DNA from: Candidatus Binatia bacterium
GTDB taxonomy: Bacteria; Desulfobacterota; Binatia; UBA9968; JAJDTQ01
Length of the DNA: 64,000 nt
Direction: 5' to 3'
Assembly: GCA_963664535.1 (NCBI GenBank)
Contig: OY761465.1
Span: 3,565,178 to 3,629,177, forward strand
Shown here: in pieces, positions 42,387 to 51,820 of the stretch
Layout: each line of letters starts with the position of its first letter
Numbering within the stretch: position 1 is the first letter of the stretch
Position numbers and translations under genes: made by a program
Notes under the pieces: generated by a model
What the model saw: only the letters and a program-made list of their open reading frames with translations
Databases searched by the model: none
What the model was told of the DNA's origin: nothing

Positions 42387-43250
42387 TCACCGCCAGGTGA
42401 TGAGCACGATCCCGGTGACGATCAGGACTGCCCCGGCCGCCACCCGGGCGTTGACGGTCTCCAGGTCCCGCAGGAACAGCGCGCTGAAGAACACGATGAA
42501 GAGCGGGTTGGTGTTGATCAGCGGCACCACCACCGACACGTCCCCCTCGCTCAGGGCGATGTAGCCCAGCAGTTGAGCGGTGGCCGACACGACGGCCGCG
42601 GCGCCGTAGAACGGCAGGCACTTCCGGTCCCCCTGGAAGGTGGCGCGCAACTGGCCCGTGGCCGCCAGGCTGAGCGAGAAGACGACCAGGGAGGTGGTGA
42701 TGGTGACGGCGGTGGCGACGAACGGGTTGGGCATGATCCGCAACCCGGTCTTGCGGAAGTTCTGGGAGATGGCCGTAAGGAAGGCCGCGCCCAGCGGGTA
42801 CGCCAGGTGAATCGCCTTCCACTCGCTCTCGCCCTCCCGCCGGCTCGAGGTGAGCCAGACCCCGACGACGCTCAGGAGCGAACCCAGATAGACCCCGGCG
42901 TCGGGCCGTTCTCCCAGGAACGTGAACGCCAGGGCGATGGCGAAGAGCGGCGTGACGCTGCGCACCGGGCCGGCGCGGGAGGCCCCCAGGCGGACGATGC
43001 CGGTGTAGTGGAGAAAACGGACGATGGCGGGTTGGATCAGGCCGCTGATGATGAAGTACCAGGTTCCCTTGGTGTACAGCAGGCCCAGGGGGAAGAAGAC
43101 CCAGATGGCGCCCCACAGCGCCGCCGTGCTCAGCACGAACCCCATGAGCGCGGCCAGCGCCACGCTGGCGTAGCGCGAACCCCGGCGCACCAGGATCGCT
43201 TCGGAGCCCCAGGCCACCGCCGCTGTCAGGGCAAGAGACTCGGGGCCCAT
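42387..43250 (-). CDS. EamA/DMT-family transporter
   Basis: 287 aa, 10 TM segments, duplicated EamA-like halves. Confidence 0.75.
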   Translation of the reverse strand: MGPESLALTAAVAWGSEAILVRRGSRYASVALAALMGFVLSTAALWGAIWVFFPLGLLYTKGTWYFIISGLIQPAIVRFLHYTGIVRLGASRAGPVRSVTPLFAIALAFTFLGERPDAGVYLGSLLSVVGVWLTSSRREGESEWKAIHLAYPLGAAFLTAISQNFRKTGLRIMPNPFVATAVTITTSLVVFSLSLAATGQLRATFQGDRKCLPFYGAAAVVSATAQLLGYIALSEGDVSVVVPLINTNPLFIVFFSALFLRDLETVNARVAAGAVLIVTGIVLITWR

Positions 43251-43274
43251 GACGACCTGTGGTGAGGCGTGAGG

Positions 43275-44124
43275 CTCACTCCAGCACGAGCGGCGTGTCG
43301 TCGCGGTTGGCCCACTCGCCCATGGAGCCGTCGTAGTTGCGCGCCCGCTCGTAGCCCAGCAGTGTCAGGACGAAGACTCCGTGCGCCGCACGGATGCCGC
43401 CCTGTCAATAGGCGACCACTTCCTTGCCGGGCGGAACCCCCGCCCGCTCCAGCAGGCCGCGCAGCTCCCCGGCCTCCTTCAGGGTCTTGTAGGGGTTGTC
43501 CTGGAGGAAGTTGAGCCACTCCAGGTGCACCGCGCCCGGTATGCGGCCCGCCCGCTTGTTGCCGCGGTCGTTGGCGCCCGTCCACTCGCCGTCGGACCGC
43601 ACGTCCAGGTACACCACGTCCGGATTGTCGACGTTGGCCGTCCCGTAGTCCAGGGTGCACACGAGGTCCGGGTTGGCCTTGGGGTTGAAGACCGCGCCCT
43701 GGGGCTTCGGCACCTCCAGGGTCATGGGCCGCCCCTCGTCGAACCACTTCTTCCAGCCGCCGTTGAGCACGGTGACCTCGGTATGGCCGTAGTAGTTCAG
43801 CACCCACCACAGCCGGGCGGCCCACAAAGAGCCGTTGCTGTCGTAGGCCACCACCCGCGTGCCCTCGCCGATGCCCAGGCTCTCCATCACTTCCCTGGCC
43901 GTGTCCGGCGGCGCCACCAGAGGATACTTCCGGTTGTCCGTGTCGTACCCCGGCTGCTTGATGTAGTGGTGCACGCGTATGCCCACGGCGCCCTTGATGT
44001 GGGCGCGACGGTAGACGTCGAAGGGGTCGCAGTCCACGATGCGAATGTCCGGGTCATCGAGGTGCTGCTCCAGCCAGTCCGTCTCCACCAGCAGCTCCGG
44101 GCGAGCGTAGCCGTCCTCTGTCAT
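43275..44124 (-). pseudogene. tandem-rhodanese sulfurtransferase interrupted by an in-frame TGA at the catalytic-Cys codon (43405-43407) and a +1 frameshift 9 codons later; candidate selenoprotein or pseudogene
   Basis: Listed ORF 43405..44124 ends ...GKEVVAY*. Downstream the rhodanese C-terminus reads *QGGIRAAH / (extra C) / GVFVLTLLGYERARNYDGSMGEWANRDDTPLVLE*. This aligns residue-for-residue with C-[RQ]xGxR...YDGSWSEW active-site loops, placing TGA exactly at the Cys. Confidence 0.6.
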
Positions 44125-44250
44125 GGGTTTGCCTCCTGGTGTCCTGTCCGGCGCCCGCCGCTCCCGCGGTGGGAGGCCGCAAGCGGAGCCGGGCCGACGT
44201 GTCGAATCTCTACCAGATGAAACCGCGGCGCGCGAGAGCCGCCGGGAGCG

Positions 44251-45901
44251 TTGTCCAATGAGAACATGATGTTGAAGGAGGACTAGCGAGCGGGTCTAGT
44301 CAGCAGCGTGTTTTGGGTTGAGGCGGTATGTTGGCTGTTGTCGGCTTTTCTGTCAATCGGTGTAGCGCGGTAGCGCCCCCGCGTGGGGGGTGGTGAGGTG
44401 CGCCGACCCGGTTCCGAGGGTCTTGCAAAGACTTCCCCCCATACCTTGGAGTCACGGTTTATACGAGGCGGCCGGTGTCGACTCGATGGTCACACGGTAG
44501 AGGGGCAGCACAAACGCCTCGGTCCGGCGGCAGGCAATCGGCCACGAACGCGTCATCAGGCGGCATGGGGCGGAGCGAGGTCGATGGCGCGGAACAGGTC
44601 CCGGCGGGCGTCGTTGACTCGCCGGACGGCGTCGAGGTCGCTCATGGCGTAGGCGATCCGGTCCAGTTCGTCGAAGCTGGTGTTGTCCTTGAGGTGGCTC
44701 TTTGCGTCCGGGAGGGACTTCAGCTTCTCGTAGGGCGTGCTCACGTCCTCCCGCCGGTACTTGCGGCGCACCTTGCCGTGGTCGCGGTACTCGGCGGCGA
44801 ACAGGCACGGGCGGTGGAAGTTCAGGAACGGCGACAGTTCGCGCAGCGCGAACTCGTTGACGATCCCGGCGAAGCGCTGCGGGATGTGGTCGTGGCCGAA
44901 CCACTTGCGCACGATGTGTGCGTTCTTACCCTCCACCAGCGCGTTGTCGTTCGAGTGCCGCGCCCGCGACTTGGTGAACTTCCGGATGTGCAGCTTGTTC
45001 AGCAGCGCCGCTACGCGGTGGTTGATGTACTCGGACCCGTTGTCCGCGTGGAATGCGGCCACCGTGAACGGGAACAGCGACAGCACGGCTTCAAGCAGCG
45101 GTACCAGGAACCTCTCCGAGATGCCCCGTACAGCCCCCACGTATTCGTACTGCGTGACCTCGTCAACGAGGTTGACCAAGTACAGGCCCTTCACGCCGTT
45201 CCGGTCGCCCTGGTGGACCGTGTCCACGCGCAGGTGCCCCGGCTTCCCCTGCGGGTCCGGCGCCTGGCGCAGCGCGATGCCCACCGTCGCCGCACGCGTC
45301 TTCGTCCACACCGTGCGCTTGGTCACGTACGTTTTCGACGCCCGGAGGTTGTAGACGTGGCTGTTCGAGATGCCCGCCAGCCGCTCGAAACGCTCGTCCC
45401 CGAACACCTCGTGCTGCCGGCGCAGCAACTCGCAAGTGGCCAGCCCCGACATCTGCCCGAACGCCTCGTCCACCTCCGCCAATAGCCGGATGTCCACTCC
45501 CGTGTACCGGCGCTCGAACGGCCGACCGCGGTTGCCCCCGCGCCGATCCTCGATCCTGCCGCTCTCCCGCCATTGCCGGATCAGGCGGTCGATCTGCACC
45601 GCCGAAATCCCGGTCGCCTTGGCCAGAAAGCGGCGCACGATGCCCTTGTCGCGCTTGCCCAACGTCCTGTAGCGGAGCCGGCCAAGCAGTTCGCCGACAA
45701 AGCCGTAGGCGCTCTCCCGATCCCGGTGTCCGTAGTCCACAGCCTCGTTGCCTTCCACGAAGGCCCGAACCTGCTCAATGCTGCGTAGCCGCCGCGTCTG
45801 TAGTGTCACAATCATCCCTCCATGTTCTACGACACGCCGGCTTCAGCATCACTTCGCCTTGGATTCACCTCCCTCCTTCAGCATCATGCCGCGTTGGACA
45901 G
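44251..45901. mobile_element. IS element (ISNCY/IS1202-like) with imperfect ~30-bp terminal inverted repeats
   Basis: 44251-44281 (ttgtccaatgagaacatgatgttgaaggagg) is approximately the reverse complement of 45872-45901 (cctccttcagcatcatgccgcgttggacag), about 22/30 matches. A single DDE transposase gene lies inside. Confidence 0.5.
44556..45815 (-). CDS. DDE-type integrase/transposase (rve core), ISNCY-family-like
   Basis: 419 aa with an N-terminal HTH region and an integrase core (...HADNGSEYINH...VEGKNAHIVRKWFGHDHIP...). Confidence 0.85.
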   Translation of the reverse strand: MIVTLQTRRLRSIEQVRAFVEGNEAVDYGHRDRESAYGFVGELLGRLRYRTLGKRDKGIVRRFLAKATGISAVQIDRLIRQWRESGRIEDRRGGNRGRPFERRYTGVDIRLLAEVDEAFGQMSGLATCELLRRQHEVFGDERFERLAGISNSHVYNLRASKTYVTKRTVWTKTRAATVGIALRQAPDPQGKPGHLRVDTVHQGDRNGVKGLYLVNLVDEVTQYEYVGAVRGISERFLVPLLEAVLSLFPFTVAAFHADNGSEYINHRVAALLNKLHIRKFTKSRARHSNDNALVEGKNAHIVRKWFGHDHIPQRFAGIVNEFALRELSPFLNFHRPCLFAAEYRDHGKVRRKYRREDVSTPYEKLKSLPDAKSHLKDNTSFDELDRIAYAMSDLDAVRRVNDARRDLFRAIDLAPPHAA

Positions 45902-46018
45902 TTCTACGGGTTGAAGTGTCGCCGCTACTTGGGCGAGAATGGCACCGCAGGCCGTAACCTGCACGCGGAAGGCAAGCAACGCGCATTCACCTCTGTGTCC
46001 TTCCCGCTTCCACCTCGA

Positions 46019-46056
46019 CGTCATCCCCGCGAAAGCGGGAATCCAGGGGTGGGGAG
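46019..46056. repeat. single REP-like unit CGTCATCCCCGCGAAAGCGGGAATCCAGGGGTGGGGAG
   Basis: Same hairpin core as the 36259 and 62365 units. Confidence 0.5.
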
Positions 46057-46092
46057 GCGGCACGGGGCCATGAATCGATCGGAGGGAACGAC

Positions 46093-47163
46093 ATGTCCAT
46101 GTTCATCGACGCCGACGCCCATGTGATCGAGAACGAGCAGACCTGGGAGTTCATGGAAGAGGAGGACAAGCGTTTCGCGCCGGACCTGCTGGTCTCCCAG
46201 CGCAGCGGCCTGCGCTACTGGCGCATCGACGAGCGGGTGGTGCCCAACACCAACATCGGCCTCAACACCACCGCCGAGTCCCGCGAGCTGGCTGACGTGT
46301 CGGCGCGCATCGCCCACATGGACGAGCTGTCGGTGGACGTCCAGGTGATCTATCCGACGCTGTTCCTGCGGCCCCTGACCGCCCGGGCCGACGTGGAGCG
46401 GGCGCTCTGCCGGGGCTACAACCGCTGGCTCGCGGAGATCTGGAAGCAGGGAGGCGGCCGCATCCGCTGGGTGGTGCTGGCGCCGGTGCGGTCCCTGGAC
46501 CGCTGCATCGAGGAGATCCGCTTCGGCAAGGCCAACGGCGCCTGCGGGGTCTTCATGCACGGCTTCGAAGGGGAGCGGCTGCTCTCCGACGACACCTTCT
46601 TCCCCATCTACCAGGAGGCCAGCGACCTCGACATGCCGGTGTGCATCCACGCCGGCGGCGGCAACCTCGACCACTACGACCTGTTCGCCCAGGACGTCTT
46701 CTCGCGCTTCAAGCTGCCGGCCGTGGGGGCGTTCAACAACCTCGTCTACAAGGGCGTCCCCGACCGGTTCCCGAAGCTCCGCTGGTGCTTCGTGGAGACC
46801 ACCTCCCAGTGGGTCCCCTACGCGCTCAACGACCTTCAGATCCGCACCACCGCCGAGCTGGCCTTCCGGCGGAAACACGCCGACAGCCCGTTTGCGGCGG
46901 TGCGCGGCGCGCCGCGCGAGTTGGAGGACCGCAACCTGTTGAAGGACAACCGCATCTACGTGGCCTGCCAGACCACCGACGACCTGCCGTACGTCATCGA
47001 GCACGCCGGCGAGGACAACATCATCGTCGGCACCGACTACGGCCACGCGGACTACTCCAACGACATGGAGGCCATCGCCAAACTGGCCAAGGAGGGCGTG
47101 CTCGCCGAGGGCGTGGGCGACAAGATCCTGAGCGACAACCCCAGGCGGCTCTACAGCCTTTGA
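46093..47163 (+). CDS. amidohydrolase family 2 (ACMSD/LigW-like)
   Basis: MSMFIDADAHVIENEQTWEF...IIVGTDYGHAD; about 45% identical to the 38744..39832 product. Confidence 0.85.
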   Translation: MSMFIDADAHVIENEQTWEFMEEEDKRFAPDLLVSQRSGLRYWRIDERVVPNTNIGLNTTAESRELADVSARIAHMDELSVDVQVIYPTLFLRPLTARADVERALCRGYNRWLAEIWKQGGGRIRWVVLAPVRSLDRCIEEIRFGKANGACGVFMHGFEGERLLSDDTFFPIYQEASDLDMPVCIHAGGGNLDHYDLFAQDVFSRFKLPAVGAFNNLVYKGVPDRFPKLRWCFVETTSQWVPYALNDLQIRTTAELAFRRKHADSPFAAVRGAPRELEDRNLLKDNRIYVACQTTDDLPYVIEHAGEDNIIVGTDYGHADYSNDMEAIAKLAKEGVLAEGVGDKILSDNPRRLYSL

Positions 47164-47225
47164 GGAAACCCTTGTCCCCGTTCGTCCTGAGCGAAGCGAA
47201 GTCGAAGGCCGCAAGGAGGCCACCC

Positions 47226-48236
47226 ATGTCCAAAGTTTCCTTCGGCCTGGAGGTCCACCCCTACTACGACGTCCCCGCCCTGATGCGCGAGGTCACGCTG
47301 GCCGAAGAGCTGGGCTACGACCAGGTCTGGTTCGGCGATTCACAGCTCATCTGGCGGGAGATGTACGTGCTCCTGGGCGCCGCGGCCCAAGCCACCTCCC
47401 GGATCCTCCTCGGAACCGGTGTGACGAACCCCGTTACGCGGGTGACCGCGGTCACCGCCAGCGCGGCGGCGACCCTGCAGGAGCTGTCCGGCGGCCGGCT
47501 GACCCTGGGCATCGGCAACGGCTTCACCTCGGTCAACACCATGGGCAGGAAGCCGGCCACCCTGGCCCGGCTGGAGCGGACCGTCGACGAGATCCGCGCC
47601 TTGTGCCGCGGCGACCGCGTGCCCGCGGGTTCCGAGGAAATGCGGCTGATGTTCGGCGCGCCGGAGAAGTGCCCGCCCATCGCGGTGGCTGCCAGCGGAC
47701 CGAAGATGCTGCGGCTGGCGGGCCGCATCGGCGACGGGGTGATCATGGCCCGGGTGGCCATGGAAGGGGACATGCTGGCGCGGATGCTCGAGTGCGTGGA
47801 CGACGGACGGCGGGAAGAGGGCCGGGACGGCGAGCCGTTCCAGCGGTTTCTTTCCGTCTCCGCCGCCGTGGCCGGGGACGGTTCCAAGGCGGTGGCCGCG
47901 GTGCGTCCGCACGTGGCCCGAAGCATTCTCAAGCCGTTCTGGGGACTGAGCCCCGCGGCCGCCGCTGCGGCGGAAAGGATGACCGGCCGCTACGACAACT
48001 ACCAGCATCTCAACCCCAACGCCGCCCACGCCGACTCCGTGCCCGACGAGGTGGGGCCCGAGTTCGCCCTGGCCGGCACCCCCGCCCGGTGCATCGACAC
48101 GGCCCGGCGCATGTTCGACAATGGCATCGACCAGATCACCATCCGTCCCTACGCGGTGGACGGCCTGCCCCGGGTCAGCATGATCCGCGCCTTCGCCGAG
48201 CAGGTCATGCGGCCCATGCTGCGCGGTGACCGATGA
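47226..48236 (+). CDS. LLM-class F420-dependent oxidoreductase
   Basis: MSKVSFGLEVHPYYDVPALMREVTLAEELGYDQVWFGDSQ... with an aaggagg RBS. The internal start was chosen within the listed 531-aa ORF. Confidence 0.85.
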   Translation: MSKVSFGLEVHPYYDVPALMREVTLAEELGYDQVWFGDSQLIWREMYVLLGAAAQATSRILLGTGVTNPVTRVTAVTASAAATLQELSGGRLTLGIGNGFTSVNTMGRKPATLARLERTVDEIRALCRGDRVPAGSEEMRLMFGAPEKCPPIAVAASGPKMLRLAGRIGDGVIMARVAMEGDMLARMLECVDDGRREEGRDGEPFQRFLSVSAAVAGDGSKAVAAVRPHVARSILKPFWGLSPAAAAAAERMTGRYDNYQHLNPNAAHADSVPDEVGPEFALAGTPARCIDTARRMFDNGIDQITIRPYAVDGLPRVSMIRAFAEQVMRPMLRGDR

Positions 48237-49432
48237 ACCTCGCGTTCCTCGCCGCCGCGCATTTCCTCGATCATCTCTTCATGCTGATCTTCGCGACGGT
48301 GGCCGCGTTGCGCCTTGCCCACGAGTGGGACATGAGCTACGCGGCGCTGATCCCTTACGCCACGCCCGGGTTCGTGGCCTTCGGGGTCGGCGCGGTCGCG
48401 GCCGGGTGGATCGGCGACAAGTGGAGCCGGCCCGGCATGATCACCATCTTCTTCATCGGCATCGGCGTGAGCTCGATCCTCACTGCCCTGGCCGACTCGC
48501 CGTTCGAGATCGCGCTGGGACTGCTGGCCGTCGGCGTGTTCGCCGCCATCTACCACCCCGTCGGCATCGCCATGGTCATACAGGGACGGCAAAAGACCGG
48601 GATCCCCATCGCCGTCAACGGCGTGTTCGGCAACCTCGGGGTCGCCGCTGCCGCGCTGCTCACCGGCTATCTCATCGACACCGGCGGCTGGCGCAACGCC
48701 TTTGTCCTGCCCGGTGCGATCTCCATTGCCCTCGGCATGGTCTACGGGGTCCTGGTGTGGGGACGCCAGGGGAGCGGGACCGCCGGCCCCGGAGACGACG
48801 CCGGCGATGGGAAGTCCGCCGTCGACACACCGTCCATCGCGCGCCCCACGTTCGTGCGCGTCCTCTGCATCATCGTGTTCACCACCGCCATCGGCGGCCT
48901 GATCTTCCAGAGCACGACGTTCGCGCTCCCGAAGATATTCGACGAGCGCCTCGGCGACCTCGCCGGCTCCGCCACCGCCGTGGGTGGCTACGCGTTCCTG
49001 GTGTTCGCCATCGCGGCGATGGCCCAACTCGTGGTGGGTTATCTCGTCGACCGCCACTCGGTGCGCACCGTGTTCGCCTTCGTCGGCGGGCTGCAGGCGC
49101 TCTTCTTCGCGCTCATGTACCAGCTCACCGGCGTAGCCGCCCTGTTGGTCGCCGTCGCCTTCATGCTCGTCGTCTTCGGACAGATCCCCATCAACGACGT
49201 GCTCATCGGCCGCATCACCAAGAGCGAGTGGCGCAGCCGCGTCTTCTCCCTGCGCTACATTGTGACCTTCTCGGTCATGGCCTCCACCTTGCCCGTGGTT
49301 GCCGGCGTCCACGCGAGCTGGGGCTTCGGCGCGCTGTTCGTGGTGATGGCCGTGGCGGCCGGGGGCGTCCTTGTCGCCGCCCTGATGCTGCCGCGCACGG
49401 CAGCGGTGGTCGCGCAGCCCGCGGCCGCGTGA
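48233..49432 (+). CDS. MFS transporter
   Basis: 399 aa, 12 TM segments; its start overlaps the LLM stop (ATGA). Confidence 0.8.
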   Translation: MNLAFLAAAHFLDHLFMLIFATVAALRLAHEWDMSYAALIPYATPGFVAFGVGAVAAGWIGDKWSRPGMITIFFIGIGVSSILTALADSPFEIALGLLAVGVFAAIYHPVGIAMVIQGRQKTGIPIAVNGVFGNLGVAAAALLTGYLIDTGGWRNAFVLPGAISIALGMVYGVLVWGRQGSGTAGPGDDAGDGKSAVDTPSIARPTFVRVLCIIVFTTAIGGLIFQSTTFALPKIFDERLGDLAGSATAVGGYAFLVFAIAAMAQLVVGYLVDRHSVRTVFAFVGGLQALFFALMYQLTGVAALLVAVAFMLVVFGQIPINDVLIGRITKSEWRSRVFSLRYIVTFSVMASTLPVVAGVHASWGFGALFVVMAVAAGGVLVAALMLPRTAAVVAQPAAA

Positions 49433-49462
49433 AACCGCGAGCAGGATGACCGCCGAGGCGAC

Positions 49463-50683
49463 TTGATTTGCCGCCCTCGATACACAAGAGCAACTGAGAC
49501 GATTGGACGAACCTTGGAGCGTGAACCCCCAAAACCCAATAGTGTACTTCGAAGCTCCCTGGAACTTCCCTGTGGCGCGATCCTGAAAAATCGACTGGCA
49601 AAGTCAGCCATGTCGGATTCGCTTGGGAACGGCGAAGGTGATCCCACCGAGGCTCAGATCCGACTCTACGAAAGATGGGCGGAAGGCGGAGTCGCCGTGT
49701 CGATCATTGGTGAGGTTCAAGGTGATCCTCGCTATCCGGAGAAGCCTGGAAATCTGGTGTTCGGAGCACACACCGATCGGCAGGCGATGAAGTCCCTGGT
49801 CAGCCGTGCCACGATCGAGGGCGCTCATGTTTGGCCGCAACTCGGTCATGCCGGTGCTCTTTCGCACCTGCCGATCAGTCGGCCGAAAGGGCCGTCGGCG
49901 CTGGATATCCAAGGTCTTCAATGTGCAGGAATGTCAGTCCAGGACGTTCAGGAACTACCTAGCATGTACGCAAGGACCGCGGCCTATGCAAAGAACGCAG
50001 GATTTGGCGGCGTTCATGTTCACGCCGGGCACGGATTTCTGCTCAGTCAATTCCTGTCGCCATTGTTCAACCGCCGGGACGACGGTTACGGCGGTTCGAT
50101 CGAGGCACGATGCCGAATAGTGCTCGAAGTGATCGACGAAGTGCGCCGTGCGGTCGGTCGGCCGTTTCCCGTCGGGATCAAGATCAACTCGACGGACAAA
50201 CTGGAAGGCGGATTGACAGAGGCTGATGCTTTGGAGGTGGTCCGCCTTCTCGATCGAACCTCGGTCGATCTAATCGACATCAGCGGCGGGACCTATTTCC
50301 CCGGAGCGAAGGCAAGCTCCGAGGGGTCGTCGAACGACGGACCCTGTTTTCTTGAGTTTGCCAGACGCGCCAAAGAGGTAACCGATGTGCCGCTAATGTT
50401 GACGGGAGGCTTTGAACGGCGTGAGCAGGGGGTGGATGCGGTGGCTGGCGGTGCTGTCGACATGGTGAGTTTGGCGCGTGCCATGGTTCTTGAGCCGCGG
50501 CTCGCGGAGGTCTGGTTGACCGAGGAAGGTGGTGATCCCGAGTTTCCGATATTCGAATCCCCGCCCCGGGAAATGGGTCGTCAGTTTGTCAGCGGTATTG
50601 CGCGTCGGACTGCTAGCACCTTGTCTTGGCTGAGACACCGTTCCCTTCACACTAAGGATAACACGGAAATTCTAAGAAGCTGA
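49463..50683 (+). CDS. Old Yellow Enzyme-family NADH:flavin oxidoreductase (start uncertain; possible upstream TTG)
   Basis: LKNRLAKSAM...HVHAGHGFLLSQFLSPLFNRRDDGYGGSIEARCR...GGF motif pattern of the OYE/2,4-dienoyl-CoA reductase FMN domain. GC content drops to about 55% from here. Confidence 0.8.
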   Translation: MICRPRYTRATETIGRTLEREPPKPNSVLRSSLELPCGAILKNRLAKSAMSDSLGNGEGDPTEAQIRLYERWAEGGVAVSIIGEVQGDPRYPEKPGNLVFGAHTDRQAMKSLVSRATIEGAHVWPQLGHAGALSHLPISRPKGPSALDIQGLQCAGMSVQDVQELPSMYARTAAYAKNAGFGGVHVHAGHGFLLSQFLSPLFNRRDDGYGGSIEARCRIVLEVIDEVRRAVGRPFPVGIKINSTDKLEGGLTEADALEVVRLLDRTSVDLIDISGGTYFPGAKASSEGSSNDGPCFLEFARRAKEVTDVPLMLTGGFERREQGVDAVAGGAVDMVSLARAMVLEPRLAEVWLTEEGGDPEFPIFESPPREMGRQFVSGIARRTASTLSWLRHRSLHTKDNTEILRS

Positions 50684-51258
50684 TAACTGCCGGCGATTTC
50701 TAGACTAAGGCCAGTGGCATCCTTCTCCGCGGCCAACGTTTCTGCCCGCTCCGTGGCTGGATCGAGATTGATTTGGCGGGTGTGAGCCTCGAGTCCCTCC
50801 AATTCAGCCCTCTGTCCGCTGAGGTCTTTGAGAGCACGCCATACCTGTTGACCCGTTCTTGGCGGAAGCGTTCGGAAATCAATCCCGAAGTCGCGAAGAA
50901 GGTGTTCGACAGACTTCTCCGGGATGTTTTCCATCAACTGGCGGTAGGAAACGTCCGAGACCCGAACGAAGTTGGTTAGGGTCAGATGACGTTGAGCCGT
51001 TGTGACTTTGCGCCCAGAATCGGCGATACAAGCGTAAAGTGAACCCCAGATCCCGCGATCGATGTATTCGTACCCGATCACCTGAATCAGGCAGAGTTGC
51101 TTCTTGATCGTTTGGCCGACAACGTAGGGAATCGCATATGAGAAATGACGTCCCGCAGAGACAACCTCTTCAAGGTAATCCAACGTATCCTCAGGGTAGA
51201 CGTCCAAGACGCAGGAAACGCGTGCATCACTGTCCGCTGGTTGAACGCTAGATGACAT
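50647..51258 (-). CDS. hypothetical protein (203 aa) translationally overlapping the PIN gene
   Basis: The start overlaps the PIN stop by 11 nt. It has a C-terminal coiled-coil-like region. No recognisable family. Confidence 0.5.
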   Translation of the reverse strand: MSSSVQPADSDARVSCVLDVYPEDTLDYLEEVVSAGRHFSYAIPYVVGQTIKKQLCLIQVIGYEYIDRGIWGSLYACIADSGRKVTTAQRHLTLTNFVRVSDVSYRQLMENIPEKSVEHLLRDFGIDFRTLPPRTGQQVWRALKDLSGQRAELEGLEAHTRQINLDPATERAETLAAEKDATGLSLEIAGSYQLLRISVLSLV

Positions 51259-51817
51259 CCTTGTGATTCCAAAGAACTGAGGCCGTTCGAGCGAGCCCCA
51301 GTCTCTCGAGCGCGGTTAGATGTTCCATGGATGACCGCGGAGGGTTCCTCAATGCGGCACGATGGCCGCGGACGGCGGCAAGAACGGCTTTGGGCTGAGA
51401 TTCAAGAAGACCGCCAATGAAGTCATCGGGATGTTGTGCTTCCAGCCCATGTGGTGCCAGCCGGTCCGCGGGAAAATCCCGCAGGTTGAGGGTCACGATT
51501 ACGCTGGCACAACCGTGGATCGCCGCCGCCAGAACATGGCGGTCGTGGACATCAGGGAGGTCGAGTTCCGCGATGAGAGTTTCGTAACCGGAAACGACCG
51601 CCTCGGGAAAGTGCTCGTCCATGATCGAACGGGTGCGCTCCAGCCTGGCGACTGTGAGATCGGGCCGGTCGGCGAGAAGGTTGGCGATCCATTCTTCATG
51701 AATCGCGATGCTCCAAAGCGGTTGGTACAAGTATTGATCCGCCAGGCGCAGAAGAAAGTCTCGAAGGCCACCGGGATACAGGACGTTGGCGTCGAGTAAC
51801 GCCGTCAATCGGTTCAT
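51248..51817 (-). CDS. PIN-domain nuclease (type II toxin, TIGR00305-like)
   Basis: MNRLTALLDANVLYPGGLRDFLLRLA...VHDRHVLAAAIHGCASVIVTLNLRDFP has the acidic PIN signature residues (D9, D/H...). Confidence 0.7.
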   Translation of the reverse strand: MNRLTALLDANVLYPGGLRDFLLRLADQYLYQPLWSIAIHEEWIANLLADRPDLTVARLERTRSIMDEHFPEAVVSGYETLIAELDLPDVHDRHVLAAAIHGCASVIVTLNLRDFPADRLAPHGLEAQHPDDFIGGLLESQPKAVLAAVRGHRAALRNPPRSSMEHLTALERLGLARTASVLWNHKDVI

Positions 51818-51820
51818 CGG

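Noticed and set aside
43405-43407. Treating the rhodanese TGA simply as the gene's natural stop
   Set aside because: The conserved C-terminal 35 aa of the rhodanese domain are still encoded downstream. The stop falls exactly on the catalytic Cys, so it is either a recoding site or a lesion, not a native terminus.
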